Shown: positions 13,574-27,149, counted from the whole stretch's first letter. The stretch is DNA of 63,623 bases, filler included, from Octopus bimaculoides (GCF_001194135.2; 6 parts of 4 records of this genome joined end to end with filler, not necessarily neighbours in it), one strand, 5' to 3'. The notes: generated from the letters alone by a model not told the origin. Program-made: numbers and translations.

Positions 13574-15976
13574 CACACACACAAATAATTGTATGTATGC
13601 ATATGTGCGCTGCGTATATTTGCCTAAAGATCGTGTGCAAACACGGCTGAAACTCGGGGGCACACATAATATATGTATATACATATATGTATANNNNNNN
13701 NNNNNNNNNNNNNNNNNNNNNNNNNNNNNNNNNNNNNNNNNNNNNNNNNNNNNNNNNNNNNNNNNNNNNNNNNNNNNNNNNNNNNNNNNNNNNNNNNNNN
13801 NNNNNNNNNNNNNNNNNNNNNNNNNNNNNNNNNNNNNNNNNNNNNNNNNNNNNNNNNNNNNNNNNNNNNNNNNNNNNNNNNNNNNNNNNNNNNNNNNNNN
13901 NNNNNNNNNNNNNNNNNNNNNNNNNNNNNNNNNNNNNNNNNNNNNNNNNNNNNNNNNNNNNNNNNNNNNNNNNNNNNNNNNNNNNNNNNNNNNNNNNNNN
14001 NNNNNNNNNNNNNNNNNNNNNNNNNNNNNNNNNNNNNNNNNNNNNNNNNNNNNNNNNNNNNNNNNNNNNNNNNNNNNNNNNNNNNNNNNNNNNNNNNNNN
14101 NNNNNNNNNNNNNNNNNNNNNNNNNNNNNNNNNNNNNNNNNNNNNNNNNNNNNNNNNNNNNNNNNNNNNNNNNNNNNNNNNNNNNNNNNNNNNNNNNNNN
14201 NNNNNNNNNNNNNNNNNNNNNNNCACTACCACTACCAGCAGCAACACAAACACTAACACAAACACCAACACCACCACCACCACCACCGCCGCTACAGATG
14301 CTACCAAAGGCCTCATCACCATCATCGCCAGCACAACCATTATCCTCATCATCAACATACACACCGCGGCGATCACCACCACAAGCACCATATCACCTCG
14401 AAAACCAAATCAACTACCACCAGTGCCACTATGAGGATTACTATCACCACCACCACCACTACTATCCCTACCACTACTACCATCGTCATCAGTTCCTTAG
14501 TTTCTCTCTTCATCTTCATATACATCGCTTCATTTCTATCCCCGACACCACCTCTCGAATGTTCTTACCACTAGCCTCTCTCTCTGTCTCTCTCCATCTC
14601 CACTATCTCATCGATAACTCCATCCTTCTTTTCAACTCTACTGACGTCCTCACAAGCAATTTTTGCCCTCGTTTTTTTTTCTTCTTCTTTAATATTTCTT
14701 CAGATGTCCACCTTAAAACCTCATACTGCTTTTTAGAACTTTCAGATGAAATATTTGAAAAAGATCTCACGCCTTTCTATTCTGGAAGAAATCGATCTAA
14801 GAACAGAAAAAGAAAAAAAAAAAAGCAGAAAAGGAAAAAAGGAGAAAAGGAGCGACAAAAAGAAGAAAGAAAATGAAAGAAATTATATTTTCTTTAATTT
14901 TGCCTGCTATTTCCGTTTAGCTTCCTTTTACCAAAATTTCGTCTATCTGAAGCGCCCCACGCCATATCTCTGCTTTGAATTTCTATCTAACTGTGCAATT
15001 TTTTTTTTTTTCACTGGCTTTACTTCTTCATCCACGCCACAAAAATCTAACAAAAAGACTAGCTTTTTGGCAACATGCTACCATAGAAACAACAACGCCA
15101 CCAATAATAATATCAAATGCAAGACCAACAAAAAAACAACAACAACAACACGCAGATCTTGTGAACTCTTGAAAATGTCACAAACCTGATGTCGAATCCA
15201 TGAAATCGTTTTATTCCTCTTAACATTTGTGTTTTGTTTTAATGTTGAGCAACGCTTTAACTGTGAAGTAATATGCACCGTCTCGATCTCTGTCTCTTCC
15301 TTTTCATATTCCTCCCTCTCACTCGATGGCTTTTTTTTTTCTCTCCTCTTTGTAATCGCAGTATTAACGAATGTCCTCTCTTCCCGTCCGCCACCCACCA
15401 TTTCTTCATCTATTTATTTCTCCTCAGCTCCGTCTGTCTGCAGAGAAGGTGAACCAAATTTGTGATTTGATAACGATTCTTGGTTTGAAAACACTTCCCT
15501 TAATTAGCTGGAGTAAACGCCATAGCTTCCCGATATATTCACCATCACCCACCACCGCCAGGTCTCCAGCCGTTTATTTCCATGTGAAAATGAGAGCTAT
15601 AGTTTCGTTGCAGAGGTGAGAACCATGTCAGTCGACCACTCGAAATACCAATAGTTGGGTTCCAAATATCTCGACTATTCTTTCAGTTCATATAAACAAA
15701 AGATTTCTCTGTAGAAAGAAAGAAAACTAGAGTCCAAAGAAATTAGTTTGGTCTGCATCAGCAAAACTAATACAGCGAAAATCATGAGTCGATAGGTTTC
15801 TATGTCATGAAGACATTAACAGTCACATGATCACAGCGGTCTATGGTCTCATCCTGCCTTCGTCATCGGAATTAGAATAAGAATAGTATGTGTGTTTTGT
15901 TATTAACAAAGAACTAGGTGCAGATATGTCTGTATGGTTAAGAAGCTTATTTTGCAGCCACGTTGTTTCGGGTTCA

Positions 15977-16265
15977 ATCCATACTCGCCGGACATTGCTG
16001 CATCTGATTATCATTTATTCCGCAGTCTTCAAATTTATTTCGACGGAAAAAATATGAATTCTGTAGACGAGGTAAGAACAGTACTGGAGGAGTATTTTTC
16101 ATCACGGACAAGTGAATTTTGGAAGAGGGGTCTTGCAAGTCTACCGGATAGATGGAAGAGCATTGTAGAAAATGAAGGAGAGTATATTTTAGATTAACTT
16201 TGTTTTCTAAATTTTGAAAAATAAAAGAAGTATAAAAAAAACTGCAGTAGTTATGGGCTGACCCA
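15977..16265 (+). mobile_element. mariner (DD34D) transposase 3' end plus right terminus, 5'-truncated
   Basis: PYSPDIAASDYHLFRSLQ...FWKRGLASLPDRWKSIVENEGEYILD*, then a terminal TTATGGGCTGACCCAT. Confidence 0.88.
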
Positions 16266-17012
16266 TGTGAGTGTATCTATGTGTGTTTCTGCCACCCCTA
16301 GACAACCGATGTTGTTTTGCTCACGTTTCCGTAACTTACAGATGTGTCGAAAAGAGACCAATAGAATAAATATCTAACATAAAAATTAGTACTGAGGTAT
16401 ACTTGCACAACTAAACCTTTCAAAGTAGTGCTCCAGCATGGCTGCAGTCCAATGACTGAAACAAGTAAAAAGTTAAGAAGCAAAAGATAAACTGCTTATG
16501 TACAATATTATACATAAAAAAAAAGAAGAAATGAAATGTAAGGTTGCTCGAATCATGAAGGTCAATATTTAAATAATATTAAAATTTAATTTACGAAAAT
16601 GCGTTGATTTAGTTATAAGAGAGTGAGAAACTCAATGTGTTTGGAAGTTAGAGTTGGTGAGACACGTTACAACGTTTTAGAGCATTTGTTCTGGTTTCAA
16701 ATCATACCGTGGTCAAATTTGTCTTCCACCTTCTGGAGTCGGTATAATCGATTAATCCACGACCATTTCTTAGAAAATTGCTGGATTAATGTGTTTGAAT
16801 CAGAAACCTCAGCATCGGCAAAAAAAAAAAATGTTTTGCAACTTTTCTTCGACTCATTAAATTGTGAGCTCAAACCCTACCGAAACCAACTTTGCATTTC
16901 ACCTCTTCGGAGGGCGTTCCGATCAATAAAATGAAGTACCATTCAAATACTGGAAGGTGATGTACTCGAATTGCCCCCTTCCCACAAAATTGGTGACGTT
17001 GTGCCAAAAATT

Positions 17013-17047
<35 letters not shown>

Positions 17048-17263
17048 TATGTATATATATATATTTAATAATTTAATACATATCAACATAAATATTGTAC
17101 ACTTACACACACGATTTTATTTTGGTCGAGATCGTCTCTAACTTGTCTGAGACTTCGCTGCGGGTGCACACTGTGCACGGACAAGTTACAACTAAAGAAA
17201 TTATAGAATTTGCATACCTATATTTAGCATTCGTTTCGTGTCTGTGTATTTACGTATGAATGC

Positions 17264-17319
<56 letters not shown>

Positions 17320-17366
17320 GTCTATCTCTTTCTGTCTGTGTGTCTTTCTCTCTTTCTTTATATATG

Positions 17367-17399
<33 letters not shown>

Positions 17400-18523
17400 N
17401 NNNNNNNNNNNNNNNNNNNNNNNNNNNNNNNNNNNNNNNNNNNTTAATTAATTAANNNNNNNNNNNNNNNNNNNNNNNNNNNNNNNNNNNNNNNNNNNNC
17501 TCGCGGTTTCTATTCCCAGACCGGGCGTTGTGAGTGTTTATTGAGCGAAAACACCTAAAGCCCCACGAGGCTCCGACAGGGGATGGTGGCGAACCCTGCT
17601 GTACTCTTTCACCACAACTTTCTCTCACTCTTTCTTCCTGTTTCTGTTGTGCCTGTAATTCAAAGGGTCAGCCTTGTCACACTGTGTCACGCTGAATATC
17701 CCCTACGTTAAGAGTACACGTGTCTGTAGAGTGCTCAGCCACTTGCACGTTAATTTCACGAGCAGGCTGTTCCGTTGATCGGAACAAAATCTTCCTGAGG
17801 GAATTTGGTAGGCAAAATCTGCAAGAAACCTGTCGTATTAATTTGTGTGTGAGAGAGAGAGAGAATTTTACTATTCCACGCTTGAGTGCAGCCGTGTTGA
17901 TGTTGACGTTATGACTGACTGGACGCTACACGCTAATAAAATATCCCTTACTTGAAAACAGTTAAGCGTTGGTGATAGGAAGAGCGCCCAGCTGTAATAA
18001 TCCTATCTCAGAATAACTCCCTGTCCCAACTCATGGTAGCATAGAAAAGCAGAAACAAAACCAGAGACGTTAAGCAAATGAATGAATGAACGAACGAAGT
18101 TTGAATTAATACTGTTCAGGATAAGATACACTACGAAAACAATATGAATTTCACACAGCTGGAGTGCTTCGGATCAACTGGCAGGTCTCTTCAATCAGGA
18201 GTCAATAATTAACACTTGTGGGTTACTGGGTCCAACCCCTCTTAATATTAAATCAGTTCAAACAAATACGTTAAGAAAAAATGCCCAACTTTAATATTGA
18301 TTATTATATTCTTAACATATTGTCTCATATATATATACCTTGTCGCAGTTAGTTTACTCAACAGTTTATCTCTCCGCCAAAACTAACAATGTATAGTTTG
18401 CGAGTTGTTGGAGTTTTTTTCTTCTTCCTTTCTTTAAAGTTTGTCCTATTGTTTTCACTGTAAATTGGTTTGTAATGTACTATTGAATATAGAAAAATCG
18501 CAATGTTGAAAATAATGCAACAA

Positions 18524-18572
<49 letters not shown>

Positions 18573-19390
18573 TTTATTTTATTTGTTACCAAAATGAGAT
18601 TTTAGTTTTCTGTTCGTTGACGTATGCGATATAAGCTTCTTTTTTTTTTTTTAACTGTTCCAGTTTCTTAAGAATCCACGGGGTGTTGGTGGTGGGGTTA
18701 GTAGAAGTTGTTCTTTGGTTTATTTTTATTACATGTAACCTGATAGTGTTGATCTTCATTTTCACTACATTATATCTTTCATCTTCATTCCCTCCATATT
18801 GTTTTCATTATTTCTGCTTTTCTTTTCTTCTTACCATTTTCCCTTGTTAATGGCCTTTTGTTTCACTCAACATGGCTTTCTTCTTACAGCCTCTCTCTCT
18901 CTTCCCCTCTTGCACTTAACACCATTCTCATGCCTCTGCATTGTTGTTGTCTGTTTTAGTCGTAGAATAAACACTGTGCTCTTTACCCTTTTATCGAACC
19001 TCTTCATGCCATTCCTGCAGTTACCGAAATTCCTGCGCACTCTATGCAGTCTCTCAGTACTGACTACTCCACAAAATTTTAAAATTTTTACTCTTTTAAT
19101 TAAAAAAAAAAATTCTTATCTCATTCATCTTCTTTGTTCTAAGAATTTCGAAAATAACTTTTTGGGAATATTCTATTTAAACTACTATAAACCACAATCG
19201 TTCTCGATATCAGGCAATTAGTAGAAATAGATAAAGGTAATATACTTTGTCTCTTTGCTTTGATATAAAATTTCGATAGTCAACTTTTTCAAAGTAGAGG
19301 GTGAATAACGAACATATATTTGAGAGGGGGAAAATTTAGGGCTTACAAAAAATTGTCCTTGTTCCTATATATGTATGTATATGTGGTAAT

Positions 19391-19751
19391 CTTTCAGAGA
19401 AAGTATATTAAAACTGAAAGTAATTTGTTCGGCAATTTCCGTAATTTTTTTTTTATTCCTTTATTTTTTATCAGCTGATTCGCTTATGTTTATGTATCTT
19501 TTGCATATACATGTTCGCGTGTATTTGTGTCTGTCTGTGTGTATGAATATTCGTGTAAGTATATGTATATCTGTATGTGTTTTTGTCCATGTATGTGTGT
19601 GTATATTATACACACAAGTATATATATATATACATACATCATAATGCATAAACATATACGATTCAGCAAAAAAAATAATAAAAAATAGAATAAAACGTTT
19701 TACGGAAATTGCCGAAAAATACTTTCGGTTTTGATTTACTTTCTTCGAAAG
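19391..19751. mobile_element. MITE-like element with ~54-bp imperfect inverted ends
   Basis: CTTTCAGAGAAAGT...TTCGGCAATTTCCGTAA (19391-19444) versus TTACGGAAATTGCCGAA...ACTTTCTTCGAAAG (19700-19751). Confidence 0.65.
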
Positions 19752-20812
19752 ATCGTCAATTATTTTAAGAAATCGTACAGAAGAAAAGTAATTTTAGTTG
19801 TTTTTGTTGTTTCGGGTTCGATCTTTCTGTACAGCATTTTGGTTAAACGTGTACATCAAGTACTTCTGTAAGAGTGGAATTTGATAGACGGGACCTGGGA
19901 CCTTAGAAGATTTCAGTCGTTGTGTGTGTGTGTGGTGACCGAACGGTTGGTTAAGTGCGACAATAACTGATAACCTTAGCAGGAATTCCTTTGTACCGAA
20001 TGACAGCCACACCCGTGTCATTCGCACTGTCCTTGTCCATAATCCCAGTGATCCAGTAACTTAGGCCGTCGGTAACCTGTAACCAACGACACTGTACTTC
20101 ACCAAAATCGCCTATTGCGTTTGTGTGTCATTAAAAACAGTGAGAATGATGCAGAATATTTTGATTTCCATTTCTAAGTTCTCTCTCTCTCTCTCTCTCT
20201 CTCTTTGTGTGTGTTTATTAAACTATGTTCGTGTCAAAGTTTTTTCCCCGCTTCTCTCCCTTTTGATCTTCATTTGTTTATTAGTTCTTTTCTTCCTCTT
20301 CTCTTTTCTACCAATTCCTCACCATCTCTCTCTTTTTTTTTTACTCTTCCTTTCCATTCAGTTCTCTTTCTTTGATGCTTGTCCCGCTATTTTATCGTTT
20401 ACTCTTGTCTTTTCTTCATCTCTGACAAGCTGTTTTCTTCTTTCTTTTATTATTTATTTCATTTTGTGTTTGTAAAATACAATTAAAGTTGTCGTGGTTG
20501 TATGGTAAGACGCTTGCTTCCCAACCATGTGGCTTTGGGGGTTCAGTCCCACTGCACAGCATCTTGGGCAACACTATCTTCCTGGGTCGACGAAAGCCTT
20601 GTGAGTGAATTTGTCAGACGAAATATAAATTTAATAATAAGGGTAGAAATTGATATTAATCAATTAAAACCAGTGGTCTAGCATATTAAAAAAATCTGAA
20701 GATTAAAATTATATTACATACAAAATTAAGAGGAATGATATTCTTCGTGGTTAGGTGATTCGGCATCTATTTCTAGCATATAGGAGTCTACTTTTGCTGA
20801 TCATTCCTCTTA

Positions 20813-20851
<39 letters not shown>

Positions 20852-21046
20852 CTTGTGTCTTTGTATTTGTAACCACCACTGCTTGACTGCCGGTGTTTAC
20901 GTCCCCGTGACTTAGCGGGTCGGCAAAAGGAAAACGATAGAATAAGTATCAGGTTTTAAAAAGTACTGGCGTCGATTTGTGCGGCATAAAACCCATCAGT
21001 TTATGATTCACAAGTCTTCCTTTGATCGCTTCTGTCGTCCGAGATA

Positions 21047-21471
21047 CAGTACCATGCCAATTATCCGGCAAGCTTGGGACCGGAAGTGTCCCGGATTTAC
21101 GAAATTTTTCCGGTTTTTTGGAGACAGGTAGTTAAAATATATAAAATGAACTATGAAAACTAAATTGTATTTAACAGATTCAAATTATGACACTTCTAAT
21201 CCACTTAAAATATATCATACTGTGCCATGTATGTATGCAGTATGTTTATAGGGTGAAAATTAAACGAAGAATGCAGGTACAAATCTAACACAGTTCTAAA
21301 GCAGGGTATTTAAATCTTTTATCAATTAAAAAAATGTAATGAATAAAACTACTTTTACGCACTATGCAAATTAACCAACTTCAAAAACGGGGTCTGTTTA
21401 TTCCGTGGACGGTACAAGTATATTGCAAATATATCCGGATTTCTGGAAGCCGGATAAAAGGTCCGGTACTG
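21047..21471. mobile_element. pogo/Tigger-like MITE with TA target duplication
   Basis: TA-CAGTACC...GGTACTG-TA termini; subterminal TTATCCGGC/GCCGGATAA inverted pair; several CCGG(A) motifs. Confidence 0.8.
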
Positions 21472-23949
21472 TATCATTATCAATGACTTACGGCAGGTTG
21501 TTAGGACTACTTCAGTTAAGCTGTCTAAGGGAAGTAACTCTTATGTAGCCAGGTGGAGAGTGTCACTCAGCTTCGCCACTCATTCATCATGGGTTTACTT
21601 TTTTATGTTACATGATCATCCACTGAAGAAAAACGTAGTGCTGTGACGTTCATGCGTTTACCAACAGCATTTATCACGATTGAGAATTCATTTTAATTGG
21701 CAATTAATTTTTTTTTTTTTTAAATACAGGATTAATTAAGAACTCCCTCTCTGCATCTGTTTTTCCATCTCGGGGTGTTATCTTAATTTTTATTAATACA
21801 AAGCATACTGATGTGTGTGTGTACGTGCGTACTGATGTGTGTGTGTGTATGTGCGTACACACACGCATACGCAAAATTAAAATGGCCAAAATTTCTCCAC
21901 TGATTCATGTCTTGTCTATCTATCAGTTATGATTTCTGGAAACTATCCAAATTAAATTAGAAAAAATAAAAGAAAAGAACAAGAACATATATATTAAAAA
22001 TTTTAAGTATATTTTTGTAATGTTACATCTTAAATTTATATTAGTTGTGTGTGTGTGTGTGTGTTCGTTCGTCGGTGAGGATCTTTCGATAGCTAGAAGG
22101 GGTTTGATAGTAGTGCTTCTAATATTTATGCTACTCCAGTGTATTTAGTTCTAGTTCCTCCCTCTCTCTCTCTCCTTCCTATTATCGAAGTGTATAGGGT
22201 GTTGGCATTTATTGATTCCATTTACTTTTTTTATATTGAGCAATATCTAATGTGGAATGGATAACCAGCGGAGTAGCGGACAGAGGGCAACGGAGAATAG
22301 CTAAAATTATATTAGCTTGGCTTTAATGGGATTTTTTGACGTGACACATTCAGATAATCTCCATATTCTTTCTCTCATTCTTTCGTTCCATTTCTTTGTT
22401 TTTTTTTTTAAATTAAAAAAAAAAATTTCCTTCTTTAAATTGCTGTTGATGTCATATTTCCTACTCGCCGTGTTTTTTCTACTACTACGACTATTACTAC
22501 ATGTTCCCCATCTCCTCCCTCTCGTTCAGTTATTATCTATATCCCCCCCCCTTCTATATATGTGTGTGTGTTTTCTCGTATAGGTTCGTTCCTCTCTCTT
22601 TTTAATGTAACTGCTATCTGTAGACTTGTCAGCGATATGTTATTATCAACACCAAAGATTCTAGTATTAAAAATAAGTACTCTGACAAGTGTTTGTTTTG
22701 ACACCCGCAAAGCCATCGCCCTCTCCACCATCACCGCGTCCCCATCTTCCCTTATACACAGAAAGAGGTGGTCGGTCGGTCGGTCGGTCGGTACATCTAA
22801 GTTTACGTTATTTTTCTATTTTGTTCTATTCCATCACCACCAACCTCCTATTTCGTAGTATCATCGTCAGTCACTTTTATTTCTGATATCTGTTCCAATA
22901 AATACTGTATGTATTTCATTAGGGGAAGGGGGAAAAAAGCGTTCTACTTTACAGTGAGTGAATGAATGGATATATTTTGAACTACTTGCTTATATGTGTG
23001 CGTGCGTGTGTGTTAAGACCGATTTTAGACGTTGGAGCTTGTGAGGACGAGCACTAAATAGATATGGTATTCTATAAGCTTGTGGTGATGGTGGGGGGTT
23101 CTTTCTTCCTCCATTTATTGAATGTATTTGTAAGTCTTATCATCCGTCGACTTTGTTTATAACTGTCACCATTTGACCGAGAATGTATGCCTTTGTGTTG
23201 TGGACGCGACCGCCAGAAATAGCAGCCAAATCTGCCTCCGGTCTCAACGCTGCCATGTTTAACTTATAGGGAAAGAACATGTCGGGTAACAGTTCCAGAT
23301 ACGCTAGTATCTGCTTGATAAGGGCTAGCTGCCCTTGAACTGTATTATTTAACAAGTTATCAACACATAACAACTGAATTAGTTTATTTCCTTGTTGAGC
23401 CGAAATTGTTCAAATCACTTTTAATTATTCATGACATTACAATTGTAACCCTGTTTTTTTTTTTATTTTTTAAACTCCAAGATTACTTAATCCAATATAT
23501 ACTTGTCTAGTTTCTTTTTTGGAATGTGTGATTTACGGTAATTTAGCTGCTATTTCTTTCAAAGGCCCTTCATTGACCCAAACCATCAGGCAACTTCAGC
23601 TGGCGTACTTTCTTAGAACGTTAAAGCTTAATTAGGATAGGGGTTTGAAGCAGTAATAAAAGGTCACTTAAGTTATTCCCCCCCCCCTCTTGGGCCCTCA
23701 ATTCCTGATGCGGATGTAGAGGCGCCGTTGTATCTGGTAGAACCCAATCGATTTTTCCAGAGAGATGAATCGCAAGTGAAGAAAAAAGAGAGTGGGAGAG
23801 AGGAGGAAAAGAATAACTGATCACAAAAAAGATGAAAGGCAAAGTTGATCTGGCAGGATCTGAACATGGAAAGCATATAATGGAATGAATACAGCAAAAC
23901 GTTATCTGGTGTGGTAACAACACTGCCAGGGTAAAGAATATGTGAAGAT

Positions 23950-24290
23950 GCATGGCTCAGTGGTTAGAGTATTGGGCTCACAATCATGAGGTAGTGAGTT
24001 CGATTCCTGGACTGGGCTGTGTGTTGTGTTCTTGAGCAAGACACTTTATTTTACGTTGCTCCAGTTCACTCATCTGTAGTGTTGCGACGCCACTGGGTAC
24101 CAAGTTGTACTGGCTTTTGCCTTTCCCTTGGATTACACTGGTGGCGTGGAGAGGGGAGGTTGGTATGTATGGGCGACTGCTGGTCTTCCATAAACAACCA
24201 TGCCCAGATTTGTGCCTCGGAGGGGAACTTTCTAGGTGCAATCCCATGGTCATTCATGACTGAAGGGGGTCTTTTACCCTTTTACAACTC
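23950..24290 (+). mobile_element. tRNA-derived SINE family C, representative
   Basis: GGCTCAGTGGTTAGAG A-box, GAGTTCGATTCC B-box, TGTTGTGTTCTTGAGCAAGACACTT core. Related heads near 11430-11500 (-), 17500-17790 (-), 47270-47520 (-) and 48940-49200 (+). Confidence 0.75.
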
Positions 24291-24794
24291 TGCCAAATCA
24301 CCTAGCTGATTGCTTTGTATCGAGTAATAAAATACAGCTTGACAAGAATATTAGAATTCCAAGTTATTCACTAACTATGCATAGGCATGGCTGTGTGGTT
24401 AAGAAGTTCACTTTGCAATCGTATCAGGTTCAGGTTTCACTCTCACTGTGTGGCACCTTGGCTAAGTGTCTTCCATTATAGCCCAAAGCCAACCTTGAGA
24501 GTGAATTTGGCAAATGGAAACAATGTGTGTCTGTGATTGTCTTACCCACCAACTAGTATTGATTTGTTTACATTTTTGCAACTTAGCAGTGTGGCAAAGA
24601 GAGACCAATAGATTAAATACCAAACTTTAAAAAAAAAAATCCTGGGAGTCGATCTCTTCGACTAAAACCCTTCAAAGCAATGTGCCTCAGCATAGCCACA
24701 GTCTAATGGCTGGAACAAGTTTGGGACCAAGTTAAGATGAAAGATAGACAGTTTTAGCATTCGGATTACTCTGTCATATGTAATGCTTTTTTAC

Positions 24795-25004
24795 TCTTTT
24801 ACTTGTTTCAGTCATTTTGACTGTGGCCATGCTGGAGCACCGCCTTTAGTCGAGCAAATCGACCCCAGGACTTATTCTTTGGAAGCCCAGTACTTATTTT
24901 ATCGGTCTCTTTTTGTCGAACTGCTAAGTTACAGGGACATAAACACACCACCATCGGTTGTCAAGCGATGCTGGGGAGACAAACACAGACACACAAACAT
25001 ATAT

Positions 25005-25070
<66 letters not shown>

Positions 25071-25230
25071 GATGGGCTTCTTTCAGTTTCCGTCTACCAA
25101 ATCCACTCTCAAGGCTTTGGTCGGCCTGAGGCTATAGTAGAAGACACTTGCCCAAGGTGCCACGCAGTGGGAATGAACCCGAAACCATGTGCTTGGTAAG
25201 CAAGCTACTTACCACACAGCCACTCCTCAA
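24795..25230 (-). mobile_element. tRNA-derived SINE family B (bipartite, internal TA/TG microsatellite), near full-length representative
   Basis: GGCTGTGTGGTAAG...GGGTTCA.TCCCACTGCGTGGCACCTTGGGCAAGTGTCTTC head and GGTGCTCCAGCATGGCC.CAGTC.AATGACTGAAACAAG tail. Further copies near 11.8-12.6k, 16.3k, 20.5-21.0k, 24.4k, 29.2k, 32.1k, 41.1k, 42.2k, 45.1k, 48.2k, 49.7k and 56.4k. Confidence 0.85.
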
Positions 25231-27102
25231 ATTGTTTTGAATTAATCTTGCATTATCTTATAGATTTGAGATTTCAATAATGTGATTGTTTATTTTTAGA
25301 ATGTCAGTGCAGGATAGGTGTGAGAGGCGTGATATGACCAGTTTGGATGTAAAACATTGAATATTTGGGCCAGATATGGACGGTTTAAATGTTAAGGTTC
25401 TTATTCCCTTAATGCTTTCTTTGTAGACCTCAGGATAAGCCTTGATTATCAAAAGTGTTCCCGCTGGGATAATCTCATCTCCCCATCTAGACATAGTATG
25501 AGACGGTTGTATTATCCGATATGCCTTTCCATGTTAGGGTTTCTCCTTCATTCAAGTTACATTGTTGCTTTTGTTTCACCTCAGATCAGCTCTACTGATG
25601 CCAGCTTTTATAATCAAAGGTCATTCCAGCTATGACCATCTCTTCTTCATGCGAACCCTCCCAACTCCCAACATAATTTATGTAAGGCTTCATTCTCTCA
25701 CTCCACCAAAAATGATCCAGATTTTGTAAGCCAAAGGAGATTTAGGCTGTTATTTCTAACAGATGGGTCACACACATACAGTGACTCCCATGTTATATAT
25801 ATCAAGTTACCTCAATGTTAGTTGCTATGGTGGTTGGTTTAATCAGCATGTTTGCAGCAAATGGCCCACTTGTATCATATATAATGAATTAGACATTAAA
25901 ACTAATTTAAATAGTGCCGCCTTCTCTGTGAGAAACTAAGCAAAATTCAGTCTCTGGGGGGAAAACAAGCAAAAACGAAAAAAAAAGAAAGGGGAAGAAA
26001 ATGGCTTATTTTCCTATTTATATATCATTTTATTTTGTGGAACAGATTTCAAACTTCTCATACACATTTTTTTCTCCCCCACCCCCACCCCGCCATCTTG
26101 ATCATTTGATCTCTTTGTAGAAGTGCTAAGAATAAAGAAATAAATTCGAAATAAACTTGACCTAGTTCTTTTTAGGTTTCTTTTTTCTCTTTTTTTTCTT
26201 TTTTTTTTTCCCAAACTGAAAGTTGCCCTCCAGAACATTTCATTATTTATTTATTTATTTATTTATTTTTATTCCATTCAGTACATCTTGTAGGAACCTC
26301 TTTAAAAANNNNNNNNNNNNNNNNNNNNNNNNNNNNNNNNNNNNNNNNNNNNNNNNNNNNNNNNNNNNNNNNNNNNNNNNNNNNNNNNNNNNNNNNNNNN
26401 NNNNNNNNNNNNNNNNNNNNNNNNNNNNNNNNNNNNNNNNNNNNNNNNNNNNNNNNNNNNNNNNNNNNNNNNNNNNNNNNNNNNNNNNNNNNNNNNNNNN
26501 NNNNNNNNNNNNNNNNNNNNNNNNNNNNNNNNNNNNNNNNNNNNNNNNNNNNNNNNNNNNNNNNNNNNNNNNNNNNNNNNNNNNNNNNNNNNNNNNNNNN
26601 NNNNNNNNNNNNNNNNNNNNNNNNNNNNNNNNNNNNNNNNNNNNNNNNNNNNNNNNNNNNNNNNNNNNNNNNNNNNNNNNNNNNNNNNNNNNNNNNNNNN
26701 NNNNNNNNNNNNNNNNNNNNNNNNNNNNNNNNNNNNNNNNNNNNNNNNNNNNNNNNNNNNNNNNNNNNNNNNNNNNNNNNNNNNNNNNNNNNNNNNNNNN
26801 NNNNNNNNNNNNNNNNNNNNNNNNNNNNNNNNNNNNNNNNNNNNNNNNNNNNNNNNNNNNNNNNNNNNNNNNNNNNNNNNNNNNNNNNNNNNNNNNNNNN
26901 NNNNNNNNNNNNNNNNNNNNNNNNNNNNNNNNNNNNNNNNNNNNNNNNNNNNNNNNNNNNNNNNNNNNNNNNNNNNNNNNNNNNNNNNNNNNNNNNNNNN
27001 NNNNNNNNNNNNNNNNNNNNNNNNNNNNNNNNNNNNNNNNNNNNNNNNNNNNNNNNNNNNNNNNNNNNNNNNNNNNNNNNNNNNNNNNNNNNNNNNNNNN
27101 NN

Positions 27103-27149
<47 letters not shown>

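Noticed and set aside
14224-14520. Pro/His/Thr-rich reading frame after a gap, resembling a transcription-factor exon (similar blocks at 8640-8750 and 38000-38160)
   Set aside because: Compound trinucleotide repeat with no conserved motif or convincing splice sites.
17444-17455. TTAATTAATTAA islands inside N-runs (also near 33353, 37666, 49570 and 59547)
   Set aside because: Identical 12-mer always flanked by Ns, with stops in all frames. It is an assembly gap/linker marker, not a CRISPR-like or regulatory repeat.
18640-19370. Lys/Arg-rich minus-strand frame as a host gene exon
   Set aside because: Interrupted by stops and without a recognisable domain; probably decayed retroelement ORF, but I could not assign it.
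23690-23820. Short protein-like frame GPSIPDADVEAPLYLVEPNRFFQRDESQ...
   Set aside because: About 40 codons, no start codon or acceptor, no recognisable homology.
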